A stretch of 63,894 nucleotides of DNA, filler included, from Octopus bimaculoides (lineage: Eukaryota), in NCBI RefSeq assembly GCF_001194135.2. It is 4 parts of 4 records of this genome, joined end to end, with 100 filler letters (N's around TTAATTAATTAA, not from the genome) between each part and the next. Parts side by side here need not be neighbours in the genome. Positions count along the whole stretch, not along the records: positions 1 to 31,420 come from NC_068982.1; 3 more parts are not named here. One strand, 5' to 3'. Each line of letters opens with the position of its first letter. Position 1 is the stretch's first letter. The notes beneath the pieces are model-generated. The model did no database searches and was not told where the DNA came from. It saw only the letters and a list, made by a program, of their open reading frames with translations. Below, piece by piece: positions 1 through 12,933 of the stretch. Made by a program: the position numbers and the translations under genes.

Positions 1-669
1 TTTTCGTGCGTGCGTGCGTGTTGTGTATCTGAGTGAGTATTGTGTATGTGAGAGGTGTGTGTGCATGTCTGTGTACGTGTATGTGTGTGTATGTGTGTGG
101 ATGTGCATGTGTGTGTGGGATTGTGATGTGTGTGGGGTTGTGAGTGTTAGGTACGGGTGCGTGTGTGTGTATGCGCGTGTGTGTTTATGTGTGTCTGTAT
201 GTGTGTGTCCGTGTGCGTGTGTGTGTATATTTTTTGTGCGTGCGTGTCTGTGTATATTGTGTATGTTTTCGTGCGTGCGTGCGTGTTGTGTATCTGAGTG
301 AGTATTGTGTATGTGAGAGGTGTGTGTGCATGTCTGTGTACGTGTATGTGTGTGTATGTGTGTGTTTGTGTATGTGAGAGGTGTNNNNNNNNNNNNNNNN
401 NNNNNNNNNNNNNNNNNNNNNNNNNNNNNNNNNNNNNNNNNNNNNNNNNNNNNNNNNNNNNNNNNNNNNNNNNNNNNNNNNNNNCCGAGTAACAGATTTT
501 TGTTATATTTCTGCTGCTTTTAAATAAAGTATATGTATGTATATTTATATGTGTGTGTATATAAACATATATATATATATATATATACATATATATGTGT
601 ATATAAATATATATGTATACACATATATATGTGTGTGTACATATAAATATATGTTTATACATATATGTA

Positions 670-715
<46 letters not shown>
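1..715. repeat. Compound (TG/CG/TA)n microsatellites with an N gap
   Basis: Visible dinucleotide arrays. Confidence 0.9.
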
Positions 716-716
<1 letters not shown>

Positions 717-780
717 CTTGTTTTAGCCATGCAGCTGCGGTCATGCTGGAGCACTACCGTGGTCTTTCTGATTCCCTCAG

Positions 781-945
781 TCTGGGGTTGTTTGACATCA
801 CCACTCCTGTATGGGATCTAGTCTTTTCCATTCATAAAATGAACCCACTTAATTTTGCTCTGAATTCTGATTACGATCAACCAGTTACTTTATCTCATAA
901 ATTAAAGAATCTGATGTTATTTGGAATTAAAGTAGGGAAATTTAG
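781..945 (+). CDS. Candidate upstream exon, not linked to the gene model
   Basis: ccctCAG acceptor, ag|GTAATT donor, open in phase 2-2 ([14 protein letters not shown]...KVGKFR). No family recognised and no phase-compatible neighbour found. Confidence 0.3.
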
Positions 946-1365
946 GTAATTTTAGCCAATCAACAAGCAGCGTGGTTTTAGAAGCTTGTTACCACCACAG
1001 CCGTATGCTATGTTGTGTTTCACTGTTGTCTGTACCGCTGTTGTCTATGTTGATTTTTCACACTTGTTTCGTCACACCACGAGATTCTTTTCCCCCGCTT
1101 GTTTTGTTTTAATTTTTCTGTGTGTTAGTACATTACATATTCTCCTGTGCGTTAGTATTGTTACATAGTTTTCATTTCATATATTTTTAGGACTCATTGA
1201 CTCAGCTGGATTTATGATTTCACTAGGTTAATTCTATTCATAAAAATTTCTTAAACCATTAGCTTCACATTTCAATAGCTTAACTGAAATTTAGCCCACG
1301 TAACGGGAACTGAGAGGGATATCGTGGAACGTGTTACAGATAATTTGACATTATGTTTGAATTCT

Positions 1366-1660
1366 TAATTCTTTATTGCCCACAAGGGGCTAAACATAGA
1401 GGGGACAAACAAGGATAGACAAACGGATTAAGTCGATTACATCGACTCCAGTGCGTAACTGGTACTTAANNNNNNNNNNATAGACAAACGGATTAAGTCG
1501 ATTACATCGACTCCAGTGCGTAACTGGTACTTAATTTATCGACCCCGAAAGGATGAAAGGCAAAGTCGACCTCGGCGGAATTTGGAATCAGAACGTAATG
1601 GCAGACGAAATATCGCTAAGCATTTCGCCCGGCGTGCTGACGTTTCTGCCAGCTCACCGC
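1366..1660 (-). mobile_element. tRNA-derived SINE family B
   Basis: GCGGTGAGCTGGCAGAAACG head and GTCGACTTTGCCTTTCATCCTTTCGGGGTCGATAAATTAAGTACC core; many copies in the window. Confidence 0.85.
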
Positions 1661-2625
1661 TTTATTTTTGAATTCTGCATACAAAAACATAAGATACAGG
1701 TATTCTTCTTCTTGGGACAAATTCTTTGTTGACCAGTGTTATTCTTATCGTAGTTTACAAATCCAAGCATGAAAACGTTACTCAACTTTGGAGTTTTGGA
1801 GACAGACACCCCCTTTTCACACACACAAACACATACTCTCTCACACACACGCGCGCACTTACATATTAATGATGTACACAAATATACGACAGGTATACAT
1901 AATACTGAAATACGCATAAAGCAAACACATGCAGACACATATTAATATAACAAATTTTCAAAAATAATTAAAGAATACAATCATTGAAGAGAAGAGAAAC
2001 AGTAAAATGACACGTTGATTTTATTAGGTATTCCTGTTTAATTAGAAACCTTCAATGAACAGGTCAGACACTAAACTATAAATTTCACAGGGTACAACTA
2101 TAATGTTCACACCGCTCCGCTAAACGCAGAAAATTTGTCTCGCTATTAGCTAAAAATATACAGTTTTTTTTTTTCGATTTTTAAACCTCTGTAACTTTCT
2201 TCTTCAATTTTTTTCTCCACTTTATCATGCCTTCAAAACAATGAGACTGGAAGGCTACATTAGTATAGCCGATTTTCAGATTTTTCACTTCCTTTTAAAA
2301 AAAAATGCATATTTTGCGAATGAAAAATACTAGATCCCTTGTATGTGCCTTTGTCTCAGCTGCTGGCCCATTTGGTGTATAAGGGAGTTTGATTCCGCTG
2401 CCCCTCATGTCGGGCTGTTGGTTCATGATGCAGGTAGTTTATCCCATCCCTCTCCGACTTTTAGTTCATGCAATTGAAAAACCGCGTTCTTTATGTTATG
2501 ACCCAGTATAAAGTCTCCATTCAACACATCGAAAAGGTGAGTATGAAGTTTTTTTGTTATTAACTGAACAAATAACCAGTCAATTTCATACTTTATAATA
2601 AATATGAAACTGTTTTATTTGACAG

Positions 2626-2882
2626 CGTTTTGTGTGCTATCAGAGGCGATGGATGATGAATCTTTCATCCCAGATACAGCCATCTATCTCAATCCGTCAG
2701 TTGGCAATCCTGGTGACATCAGACCAAATGTTGGATGGATAACTAATTCAGATACAAGAAGGACTATCACATTAAATATTGGCCCCAACCTTGATGCTGG
2801 CGCTACAATTCGCCTTGTTCAACACGACAATGTGGAATCCTATATCGTTTACATATCGTTTCCTTCTGTACAATATATCAAG
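2626..2882 (+). CDS. SCO-spondin-like gene, first supported exon: N-terminal part of discoidin/F5-8C-like domain
   Basis: tttgacAG acceptor and aag|GTagtt donor; phase 1 to 0. Reads FCVLSEAMDDESFIPDTAI...GW..., resembling the C..GM...IPD..I start of FA58C domains. Confidence 0.75.
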
Positions 2883-3113
2883 GTAGTTGATTTTTCTTTC
2901 ACTAATTCTCTTAATAATTGTAAATTTTTTCAACTCAGTTGTGATGTCCATGCAAATAAACATAATTGACTTAGTGTCTTCACATTTTCATTTTAATCCC
3001 GGCATTTTGATGATTCTAACATTTCATTTTAATTTAATGATTTAAATATTGTTGAAGAACAGTGTATACATCAAGAATCTGCTTTTCAATATAATTTTCA
3101 TTTCGTCCACTAG

Positions 3114-3240
3114 ACTTCCAAACCCAATAAATCAGTCAACATTCCACAAGGTAATGGTCATTCAGTGGTGACAATTACACTTCTGCCCACTAATCGAACA
3201 CAAGACATGTTGGTATCCATATCGGCAAAACTTTGTAAAC
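3114..3240 (+). CDS. SCO-spondin-like exon: end of discoidin-like domain
   Basis: cacTAG acceptor, c|GTAAGT donor; phase 0 to 1. TSKPNKSVNIPQGNGHSVVTITLLPTNRTQDMLVSISAKLCK. Confidence 0.8.
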
Positions 3241-3389
3241 GTAAGTAGTTTAAACGAGCACCTCGTTGAAATTAGTAGAATTGTGTTTATACAGTAATCC
3301 CTTGCCATATCGTGTTTCACCAATCGCTGCTTATTATTTAAGCTTACGTCGATTCCTCCGTGGTATTGTTTTGTATTTATAATAAAATG

Positions 3390-3750
3390 AGTGGAGGTGC
3401 AATGGCGGTCATAGGATCGCGGTTTCGATTCCCAGACTAGGCGTTGTGAGTGTTTATTGAGCGAAAACACCGAAAGCTCCACGAGGCTCCGGCAGAGGAT
3501 GGTGGCGAACCCTGCTGTACTCTTCCACCACAACTTTCTCTCACTCTTACTTCCTGTTTCTGTTGTGCCTGTAATTCAAAGGGTCAGCCTTGTCACACTC
3601 TATCACGGTGAATATTCCCGAGAACCACGTTAAGGGTGCACATGTCTGTGGAGTGCTCAACTACTTGCACGTTAATTTCACGAGCAGGCTGTTCCGTTGA
3701 TCGGATCAACTGGAACCCTCGACGTCGTAAGCGACGGAGTACCAACAGCA
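3390..3750 (+). mobile_element. tRNA-derived SINE family E; fragments also at ~19610-19850 (-), ~25770-26000 (-), ~47763-48015 (+)
   Basis: GTGGAGGTGCAATGG head and GGTTTCGATTCC B box; shared segments recur in the window. Confidence 0.7.
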
Positions 3751-3988
3751 ACAATAAGCAAATAAATATATACAAATTATAAAAATAATTTTTTAAAATA
3801 AACAATACAGTACTGTTTCTACTTCGCGGATTTTCACCTATCGCGGGGGTGGGTGTGAAACGTAACACCCGCGATAGTCGAGGGATTGCTGTATAAATAA
3901 AATATGCTGCTTTCTAGATTTTACAGCAAAAACAACTCTATGGGCCTGTTATTGTCTTCGGTGAATGCTTATGCTTTCTAAATTTCAG

Positions 3989-4057
3989 AGCCTATCTCAA
4001 GACCAATGACACCAAGCACTCCAGGACGCGGACCAACTACACCAAAAACCAGCCCAA
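3989..4057 (+). CDS. SCO-spondin-like exon: Pro/Thr/Ser-rich linker
   Basis: tttCAG acceptor, a|GTGAGT donor; phase 1-1. PISRPMTPSTPGRGPTTPKTSP. Confidence 0.8.
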
Positions 4058-4109
4058 GTGAGTGATGCATTTATCGTATGGTTGATAAGTAAAATAACTA
4101 CTTTTTATA

Positions 4110-4529
4110 CATTATTTACATTTGACGGATATTTTTGTCCTCATCTTGTTTGTTTTTAGCACAACGTTTCGGCTGATATACCCTCCAGCCTTCATCAGGT
4201 GTCCTGGGGAAATTTCGAACCTGGGTCTCATTCCTAAGGTATTTTTCGATGTTATTATTATTATTATTATTTAGGCCAGTGCCTGGAATCGAACTCGGAA
4301 TCTTGCGGTTAGTAGCCTGCGCTCTTAACCCTTACGCCATATGCCCATAATAACAATAACAACATCGAAAAATATCTTAGGAATGAGAAGCCAGGTTCGA
4401 AATTTCCCCAGGACACCTGAAAAAGGCTGGAGAGTATATCAGCCGAAAGTTTGTGTTAACAACGAACAAGATGCGGACAAATATTCGTCAAATGTAAATA
4501 ATTCCTCCTCTCTCAAATACAGAACTGTA
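4110..4529. mobile_element. SINE family C inverted pair: full minus copy 4110-4346, headless plus copy 4347-4529
   Basis: tRNA-like head with A/B boxes, (AAT)n linker and hammerhead-like tail; homologous to the other family C loci. Confidence 0.85.
4158..4203 (-). ncRNA. Predicted minimal hammerhead ribozyme, one stem I mismatch
   Basis: GACAC-CTGATGA-A-GGCTG...CAGCC-GAAACGTT-GTGCT. Confidence 0.6.
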
Positions 4530-4621
4530 TTAAGTATTTCTTATGTTTTCAACTTTTCCTGACTTCGTTAAAAGATTATAATCACATGCTTAGTCATCTA
4601 TGTGATGCTTTTAATCTATTA

Positions 4622-5231
4622 CAGGGATGGGGAACCTGCGGCCTTATGGCCGCATGCGACCTTCTGGGTCAACAATTGCAGGCTATTAACTCCAAGATTC
4701 TGTGTTCGATTCCAGGCACTGGCCTAGATAATAATGATAATAATAATAATAACAACAACAACATCGAAAAATACCTTAGGAATGAGAACCCAGGTTCGAA
4801 ATTCACTGAGAAAACAGTTGACAGATGTGCATTTAGAGGACCAATTGATACTAAGAACCACTGTGTTAGAACCTGATATCAAAATGCTTTCTCAAAAAAG
4901 CAAACTCAAAGAAGTCATTAATTTGAATAAAGAGTAAATACAAGCCTAAAGGAAATATTTCAAAATTTCATATTCTTGGTGTTTATAAGGTTGACTTTTT
5001 TTTAAAAAAAAGATTATTATTCATTTACTTATTAAAAAAAAGTTCCTACTTAAGTAAAATATTTGAAAATGTCATATTTCTAATTTTTATTCACCTGTCT
5101 TTTTTTATGAGATTACTATTAATTTACTTAACAGCCTAAGCCTAGGGATAAAATGACAAAAGAATATTTGTTCTATGAGGTGCGATGAATTGTAAGGTGG
5201 CCTCCATGAACAAAAAGGTTCCCCACCTCTC
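4622..5231. mobile_element. hAT-type MITE containing a nested family C fragment (~4681-4805)
   Basis: Imperfect TIRs CAGGGATGGGGAACCT / AGGTTCCCCACCTCTC; exact 8-bp TSD ATCTATTA at 4614-4621 and 5232-5239. Confidence 0.85.
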
Positions 5232-7380
5232 ATCTATTATTTTAACTTACTTCACAATAGAATGAATAGAGAGATAGACGAATGTTAACGTGTTTATTGT
5301 TAAATAAATATAGAATCAGAGACGATGTTTCAATAGAGAACTACAGGTAGTTGTGAGCTTTTGTGGTGGACGCATTCCGTAGTTATGAGAATGTTGGAGA
5401 GAGAGAGAGAGAGAAATACGAGCTGATCGTGTTGCAGGTCTTCGTATTTTACAAGTCAGTCAAAACAAACAGTTGATGGCCGAATAGCGACTGGCATAAA
5501 ACACCAAGCGGCATTTTAATCTCTTCTCTGCTCTACTTGACGCTGTTGCTTTGCTGAGTGGGTTTATATTTAACTCGACTGATACACAATCAACACTGCT
5601 AAGTGTTTCGTTGGTTCTTTTACATTTGGCTGCCAATTTCAATTTCCGTTTGAATTGATTTCATATTAAGTATAATTATACACTTTTTTAGGCTAACCAA
5701 TACTATGAAAATCATTTTCGTTATAAATCAATAAATAAAGAGTTATTAGCTATTAAAGTTTGAAAATTTGGAGTAACGTTAGTCGATCGTAATCCACAGA
5801 CACATTGATAGCCAAACATGAGAACTCTTTTGTCTACGAGAAAGCACGTGTTAATAAATATATTGAAATCACTTGTTGACGCTGTGTTCTACTGTTTTAC
5901 CCTACCGAATGCTGAAATGTTTGTTTGTTTTTTAATATTTAATTTGTAATGTGTTGTTTATCGCATTAAATAAATATTGAATGCTTAAAACTACAGACGT
6001 CATCATTTGAGTTTGAGAAACAAATAATAGTCATCCCCCACCTTATGTCAATGAATTTAACAGGTATTTGTTGAATGCCATCAATTACGTTTTTGTTTCA
6101 TTTTAAGGGGAGAAGGTGCCATCAATTTGATGCACTCAGATTGTTTATCACAAATCTTATCAATTGGAAATAGCAAGATCGAGACTTGTCCCATTACATC
6201 CACTGCACAAAGCTGGTTACATTACAACGAAGACAACCAAGCTATGAGTGTACCATGCTGTGCAACGGATGCTAACAGATTCTGCAGAGAAATGGTGTCT
6301 ACATAATTAATGATAACACTAACGTTGTGTTTGATATGCTTTGGTCAGCCTGAGGCTGTAGTAGAGACTACTTGCTAAAAGGTGCTATGCAGTGGGATTG
6401 AACTCAGAACTATGTGGTTAGAAAGTATACTGCTAACCACATAGCCACGCCTGTGGCTAATTTTTTTTTTTTTTTGTTATATAAAAACCTATTATTCGTT
6501 TTCATGTTTTTAAAGTTGTTTTATGAATTTTATGACGGCTTTAATTTAAGAATATCTTTTATTGACAGCTTCTACTGCAATCTTCTTGTCATCTAATGCA
6601 ACTAATTTTTTAAAATAGCTCATAATATAAAATACCAACCAGTCATCACTTCCTATCTCAAAGGAAAAATAATTAGAAAAAATATAGATCCTAGCAGTAA
6701 AGATTATATGAAAGCCGAGGAAGAGTTGTCTTAAACAATAGAAATTTTCAGTCAATCATTCATGAATGGCAGCAACTTCGAATGAAGGCTATGTTCTTGT
6801 AGCATGATAATAGTATCTCCTTCATTAAGCAGTGATGTGTATAAATACAAACTTTCGACCAGTTCAAATATGCTTCGAGCATATACGAACTTATAATACA
6901 GCCATTGCCTGTATTTTTGCTATGATGAAATGCTTGCTTAGTGTTGTCACCCCATACTTTATTTATAGTGAGCCACTGAATAGCACAACCAATCATTGAA
7001 CGATGACAGGAATATCATAAGAGGAACACTCATGTCAGTTCACAGTATCTGCCTTTCTAGTCTCTGCTGCTGAAGAGGGGATAAGCACTCCAAAATGCAT
7101 GCACCTAGCAGTCTGGTTAGGGAACACTGTGACTGATTAGGTGTATTTACACCTATTTGTTGGCATCAAAACATTTTCTCCGTGACTAAATACAATCAAT
7201 GGTTTTCTTATGCATTCGAATATGCCTCATATTTGAACTGGAAGCAAATTTATATTTATTAATTAGAATCGTATGCTTTGATCTATGCCCATTCCCTTGT
7301 TAAAAGTTTTTCTAGCTATTTGTTGTTCTAAGCATACTTAGATCGCAAATTTCAACAGCAAGCATCATTATTATTAAATT

Positions 7381-7597
7381 TAAGGCGGCGAGCTGGTAGA
7401 ATCGTTAGCACGCCGAACGAAATGCTTAGCGGTATTTTGTCTGCCGCTACGTTCTGAGTTCAAATTCCGCCAAGGTCGATTCTGTCTTTCATCCTTTCGG
7501 AGTCGATTAAATTTAAATAAGTACCAGTTACGCATTGGGGTGGATGTAATCGACTTAATCCCCTACCCCAAGCTGCCCTTGTGGCAAAAATTTGAAA

Positions 7598-7600
<3 letters not shown>
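7381..7600 (+). mobile_element. SINE family B
   Basis: TAAGGCGGCGAGCTGG head, GAGTTCAAATTCC B box, shared core, (ATT)n tail. Confidence 0.85.
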
Positions 7601-7634
<34 letters not shown>

Positions 7635-7685
7635 ATTGTCCAAATTAATTTCTGATAATAATGTAAACTCACTCTATTCTCACAG

Positions 7686-7733
7686 GTAAACCACAACTTA
7701 CGACAGCGATATCATATGCCACTAAACCACCAG
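7686..7733 (+). CDS. SCO-spondin-like micro-exon: Pro/Thr linker
   Basis: ctcaCAG acceptor, g|GTtggt donor; 48 nt, phase 1-1. KPQLTTAISYATKPP. Confidence 0.65.
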
Positions 7734-7896
7734 GTTGGTAAATATTCATAAACTTTTCAAGAAAACTAGATTTAATAAGGAAGTATTAGTATTACTTTAA
7801 ACACCATAACAGGATAGTTTTATCGTGCATCTATTACTTGCTAATTCTATAGATTTACAATCCCAGAGATCTATATTATGGTGAATGCTTTATACG

Positions 7897-8065
7897 TAAG
7901 GCGACGAGTTGGCAGAAACGTTAGCACGCCGGGCGAAATACTTAGCGGTATTTCGTCTGTCTTTACGTTCTGAGTTCAGATTCCGCCGAGGTCGACTTTG
8001 CCTCTGATCCTTTCGGGATCGATAAATTAAGTACCAGTTTAGGGCCTTGTGCCTAGAGTAGAAAA
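7897..8065 (+). mobile_element. SINE family B
   Basis: Same head and core as 7381-7600. Confidence 0.8.
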
Positions 8066-10010
8066 GGGTATATGTTTTTGATATTATTTAGCAGAAGCAA
8101 CAGAGTGACCCAAGGACTGAGAGTTTCGTGTATTAGCACTTGTTTCGTGTATTAGCCACTCCTGTGCCCGAAAATTGTGTGAGATGCTTACAGCACCTAG
8201 GTTTCCCAAGCGGTCATCCATCTAAGTACTAACTGGACTCAACGTTGCTTAATTTCAGTAACTATGCATTATCTCATAGCTTTGAGATTTTGACGATGTG
8301 ATTGTTTATTTGTAAAAGGACACTATAGAGTAGGTATGAAAGGCAAGATCTGGCCTGTTTGAAGATAAAGCAGACAGAATATTTTGGCCGGATATGGCTG
8401 GCTTTAAATGCTAAGGAGTTAAATAAATTTCACTCCCTCAAGCTTAAATGATTATATAAAATGAAGAACATTCACCTGTGAAACCACCATGAAGCCTGTG
8501 AGACTACAAAAGCCAAAGGTTGGGGTAGCTTTATGCTAGGAGATGAGGTTTGAGATATAAATAAAGGGGGACCCAGAGCAGGTTCTTGTTGTAGAGCAGC
8601 GACATGGTTACTCGTATTTACAGGAGAGAGAGTAAGAAGGAATTTAGTCATAGCTGTGATGAGACAAATAGTGGTGTGAGGTGTCCGAGTAGAAGTGAGT
8701 GGGGACAGAGAAAGTAAGGTGAGTGGGTGGAGGCTGGCAAGAATGTATCGGGATTGGTGGGGGGAGCATGGAAAAGAGGATATTAAATGATGGTGATGTA
8801 CTGTTTTTATTGAATATCATTATATGATCCCTAAATTGTAAAGTATTTCAAAAATATTGTTAAAACTAACACTCCATTGGTTATGATGCAGAACAGTGAT
8901 TCGCAACCTGTGGTCCATGGATCCCTGGTAGTCTGCAAAGGTAGTACTGGGGGTCTGTGAAGATGTTAAGCTGACAGACCTTTCAATATCCTGGGGTCCG
9001 TGGAACATGGCAGGCTGGCAGAAATGTTAGCACGCCGGGCGAAATGCACCATAGAAACCAGGAAACCGGGCCCATGAGCGTGGCTAGGTTTTAAAAGGGC
9101 GCATAAATAAATAATTACATACTGGCACGGATTGGACGGTTTGACAGGAGCAGATCAGTTGGAGAGCTACTCCATCCTCCACTTATCTGTTTTGGCATGG
9201 TTTCTACAGTTGGATGCCCTTCCTAACACCAATCACTTTACAGAGTATATTGGGTGCATTTTATGTGGCCCTAGCATAATTTCTCTTTATATGGCACCAG
9301 CAAGGGTGGCTTTTAAGTGGCACCAACACCTGTGAACTCATAAGACAAGGACCTCTCAGCTGGGAGAGAGGGTATGGATCTGAGAGATTAGAGTATGATA
9401 GAGGGAGAGGGATAGCCTCCTTATTATCAAGGAGATACTTGGCTACTTCAGTAGGACAAGGAAGGAGAGGAAGGGGGAGAGAGAGAGTTGTTAGAGAGAG
9501 AAATAGTGAGACAGTAGGGATGAGAAAGAGAGGGAGAGAGAGTGAGAGAAAGGAAGAGCCTGTACACAGGGAATACTGAGGGTTGTATAAGTTGTACAGA
9601 CAGGATGGAGTGTGAGGGGAGATATTTAGAGATGACAGTGATAGCAAGTGATATTGAAAGATATTGGAGAGGCTGTAGAGATAGCAAGTGATGTTGTGCT
9701 AATTAGAGTTCTTGTAGAGATTTACCACACTGAAATAAGTACTAAAATGAGGAATGAAGTCCCCCCCCCCCCAGCATAGCCATGGGTATAGACCAGGGAA
9801 AGAATAAAATAACTTATGTTATACTTCCACTTAAAAAGATATTTCTGGCTTCTGGTTTATGTGTAAATACACTGTTATTGCTCAGCTCTTTGTCTACAAT
9901 TTTCGTTATACAAACCAACAAGAGAGTATTATTCCATGGTCACTTGCTCTGCTAGACATAGAAACTAAATCCTCTTCAAAATATAATATCTTTCTGACTT
10001 TTATTTCTAG

Positions 10011-10182
10011 TGTGTGTCCTCAAGGTATGTGATATTGAAGAACTACTTGGCTACATACCTGGAAATATAATAGGGTGGATTGAGAAGGATGGTAGAACTG
10101 GTGCCTCAAGTGAAGAAGAAGTTGCACATGTATTTGATCAAGTTGAAGAAGGGGTCACTGTTCACATTTCTTGCAATAACTG
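10011..10182 (+). CDS. SCO-spondin-like exon: start of Cys-rich VWC-like module
   Basis: tttcTAG acceptor, tg|GTAAGG donor; phase 1 to 2. CVLKVCDIEELLGYIPGNIIGW...VHISCNNC. Confidence 0.8.
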
Positions 10183-10603
10183 GTAAGGGACAATTCTTGA
10201 CTAATGGATCTTTGTTTTCTTTGCATTCTATTTTGAGATTTCTGAAATATATGCAAGATAATTATAAATAAAGGCAAAAGAAAAAAATTCTATGCCAACA
10301 TGCTGAGAAATAGACTTTAAATCACCAATCACCACATACAATATACATTACTATAAATACACATCGTGTTGAATCGAGGAAAGCAAGCTAACAGTTTGAC
10401 GATTTAAAGTCTATTTCTCAGCATATTGGCATAGACATTTTTTTTTTCTTTTGCTCTTATTTATAATTGTTTATAATTTTCACCTTAAAAGGTATTTTAA
10501 TATGCTGGCCACTTGGAAATTTTTTGAAAAAATTTTATCTTATATTAGAAATATATGTAAAATAGATAAACTTCTATAATTCATTTTTGTTTTTCGTTCT
10601 TAG

Positions 10604-10650
10604 TACTTGTAGTGAAGGCATGCTGCAGTGCACCAACAATGTTTGCAAAG
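10604..10650 (+). CDS. SCO-spondin-like exon: end of VWC-like module
   Basis: ttctTAG acceptor, g|GTgatt donor; phase 2 to 1. TCSEGMLQCTNNVCK completes CNNC-TC. Confidence 0.85.
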
Positions 10651-10747
10651 GTGATTATTGATTTTTTCATTAAATATGATCAACTTGTGAAATTTTACAA
10701 ATGCTGATGTTTATTTTTTTTTTTTTCCTGTCTACTATCCCTTTTAG

Positions 10748-10906
10748 GATGTGCTTATTCAACATGGTCTCAATGGACAGCATGCAGTAAGGGCTGTGAT
10801 GTAGGGAATCGAATAAGATCAAGAAAGAGACTGATAAAAAAGGGAACAGCTGATTGCAATTTACCAACAGAAGAGACATCTGATTGTAACTTCATTCCAT
10901 GTGAAG
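10748..10906 (+). CDS. SCO-spondin-like exon: TSP1 repeat 1
   Basis: CAYSTWSQWTACSKGCDVGNRIRSR...CNFIPCE; canonical splice sites, phase 1-1. Confidence 0.92.
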
Positions 10907-11900
10907 GTAGTTTGTTGTTCAGCTTTTTGGATGAATTTGAAATTGTTTCAGTTATCACAATTGTATTATATGTCATGATTAACATTTTACCACTTTGATA
11001 GCATAAACCTGTTGAAAAGCACGTCTTTTGTTTCAAATAATTCTGAAAATAATGAAGAATTTAGTAAAATAATTATGTCATTATTATACTGGTGTTTGGA
11101 AAATATTATTAACATGGAATATTATTGTCTTCTAAGATTTAGGAAATCCAACAGTAGTCTTTATTCTAATGAATGCTGCAGATTTACAGCATTCTAACAA
11201 TACAACCACATTAAATTAGATATAAAGACTACCATTTGGTATTAATACATATTCTGTGGCAAATATTTAATTCTTACAGAGGCAGCTGACTATTTGTGAC
11301 ATCAGTGACTGAATAGTCCCTGTTTTTCTATATATTGGTGACAGTGAGACTAGACTAGGATACAATGAGTGGATGACTGCAACTGAGGAAGCACAAACAT
11401 GCTGAAATCATGTGAGCTACCAGGTTGATCACTAATACTTGACAATTTTTCATCTGCTACTGATATGTCTGTGCTTCTTAACACCATAAGTCTATATGAG
11501 AAGATTTCTCTAAGCAAATAATGCAGCATTAAAGCCTCCTAACCATACATCCACATTGAGTAGGATATAAAGGTTGCCATTTATATGAGAAATTGTGTTG
11601 GTAGAGCAGATTTCACAAGGGTATAGAATAGCAATGAAAGGACCTTGACAGAGAAAACTAATAACCATTTGATTGCTCAATCAATACATTAAACAACAAT
11701 TGAATATTTAGTTAATAAAATTAAGAAGTGATATTAAACCAGTGCATGTGTTTATTTTAACATCTATCAGCATAATGACCCTCCCTAGACACAGATTTGT
11801 TTCAACACACAAATTCACATTAAGAACCTTACAAACTAAAAATAGAAATTTTAATTATCTTAAATGGTTTTATGTGAATGATTTGTATTTTTAATTTAAG

Positions 11901-12074
11901 AATCACCTTCATGGATGCCTTGGGCAACTTGGGAAAGTTGTTCAGCATCATGTGATGTTGGATACCAGAGAAGAACTCGAAAATGTCAAAATAAACTTGA
12001 AGTAATATCTGAATGTCTTGGAGTAGGAGTGCAAATCCAAGCATGTGGATTGGAAAGGTGTTCAAATGAACGAG
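11901..12074 (+). CDS. SCO-spondin-like exon: TSP1 repeat 2
   Basis: WMPWATWESCSASCDVGYQRRTRKC...ACGLERC; canonical splice sites, phase 1-1. Confidence 0.93.
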
Positions 12075-12191
12075 GTATTTTCTTGTGTTTTCAATGCATC
12101 CTAACAGTTTTTCCATTCCTTAAAAATAATATTTTTTTTCTTCAGATTTTGCTACATTCATTGTAAACTGATTACTGAATATTTTATAATG

Positions 12192-12495
12192 TCATCATCA
12201 TCATCGTCGTCGTTTAACGTCCGCTTTCCATGCTAGCATGGGTTGGATGATTTGACTGAGGACTGGCGAACCAGATGGCTGCACCAGGCTCCAATCTAAT
12301 CTGGCAGAATTTCTACAGCTGGATGCCCTTCTTAACGCCAACCACTCCAAGAGTGTAGTGGGTGCTTTTACGTGCCACTGGCACAAGGGCCAGTCAGGCG
12401 GGTACTGGCAACAGCCACGCTAGAAATGGTATATTTTACGTATCACCTGCACAGGAGACAGTCCTTCGGCACTGGCAACGATCTTGCTCGAATGT
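12192..12495 (-). mobile_element. Repeat family D (SINE-like, AGGAAGGGCATCCAGC core, (GAT)n tail)
   Basis: GGAAAGCGGACGTTAAACGATGATG 3' end; near-identical copies across the window. Confidence 0.85.
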
Positions 12496-12592
12496 ATAAA
12501 ATGATATATTTCTTTGTGTATCCTTTGTACACTTTCTTTACATTTTTATTTAAATTCTAAATTCTCAAATCCACTTCAACCTTAGTCAAGAA

Positions 12593-12933
12593 CAGAGGTT
12601 CTCAACCATTTTTTTTTTTATCTATGGAACCCTTTTGATTACTATTTTATTCTGGTGGGTCTCCATAGCCATTCAAAATTTAAAAACTAGCTTTATAGAA
12701 ACTTCTTTCAAAATTCTTATTTTGTTTTTCACACATTAATTTGTTTAAGTCAAACTATCTAAAACATTAGAGAAAGAAACCCTACCTGTTTCTTACAATA
12801 CATACATCTAAAGCAACATTTTTCCAGGGGCCCTTAAAATACTTTGAATCCCAAATTTACTATTTTGTTGCATAGAACCCCAGAAATATTATATGGACCC
12901 TCGGGGGTCATATAGATCTGATGAGAACCATTT
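12593..12933. mobile_element. Probable hAT-type MITE
   Basis: Ends CAGAGGTTCTCA...TGAGAACCATTT; flanks GTCAAGAA / GTCTTGAA match at 6 of 8. Confidence 0.5.

Noticed and set aside
14-662. Long ORFs in the ORF track here and at 56.7-60.7 kb and 63.3-63.7 kb
   Set aside because: Products of dinucleotide repeats or N runs.
2468-2536. Short ORF ending at a good aag|GTGAGT donor
   Set aside because: Splicing to 2626 gives stops in the two available open phases, and the phase-1 frame has an upstream TAA.
2604-2650. MKLFYLTAFCVLSEA as a signal peptide and gene start
   Set aside because: The hydrophobic part is the translated polypyrimidine tract of a phase-1 acceptor at 2625, and FCVLSEAMDD fits a discoidin start. 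Not fully excluded.
4734-4937. 67-aa ORF that looks coding
   Set aside because: It lies inside the hAT MITE and nested SINE fragment bounded by an exact 8-bp TSD.
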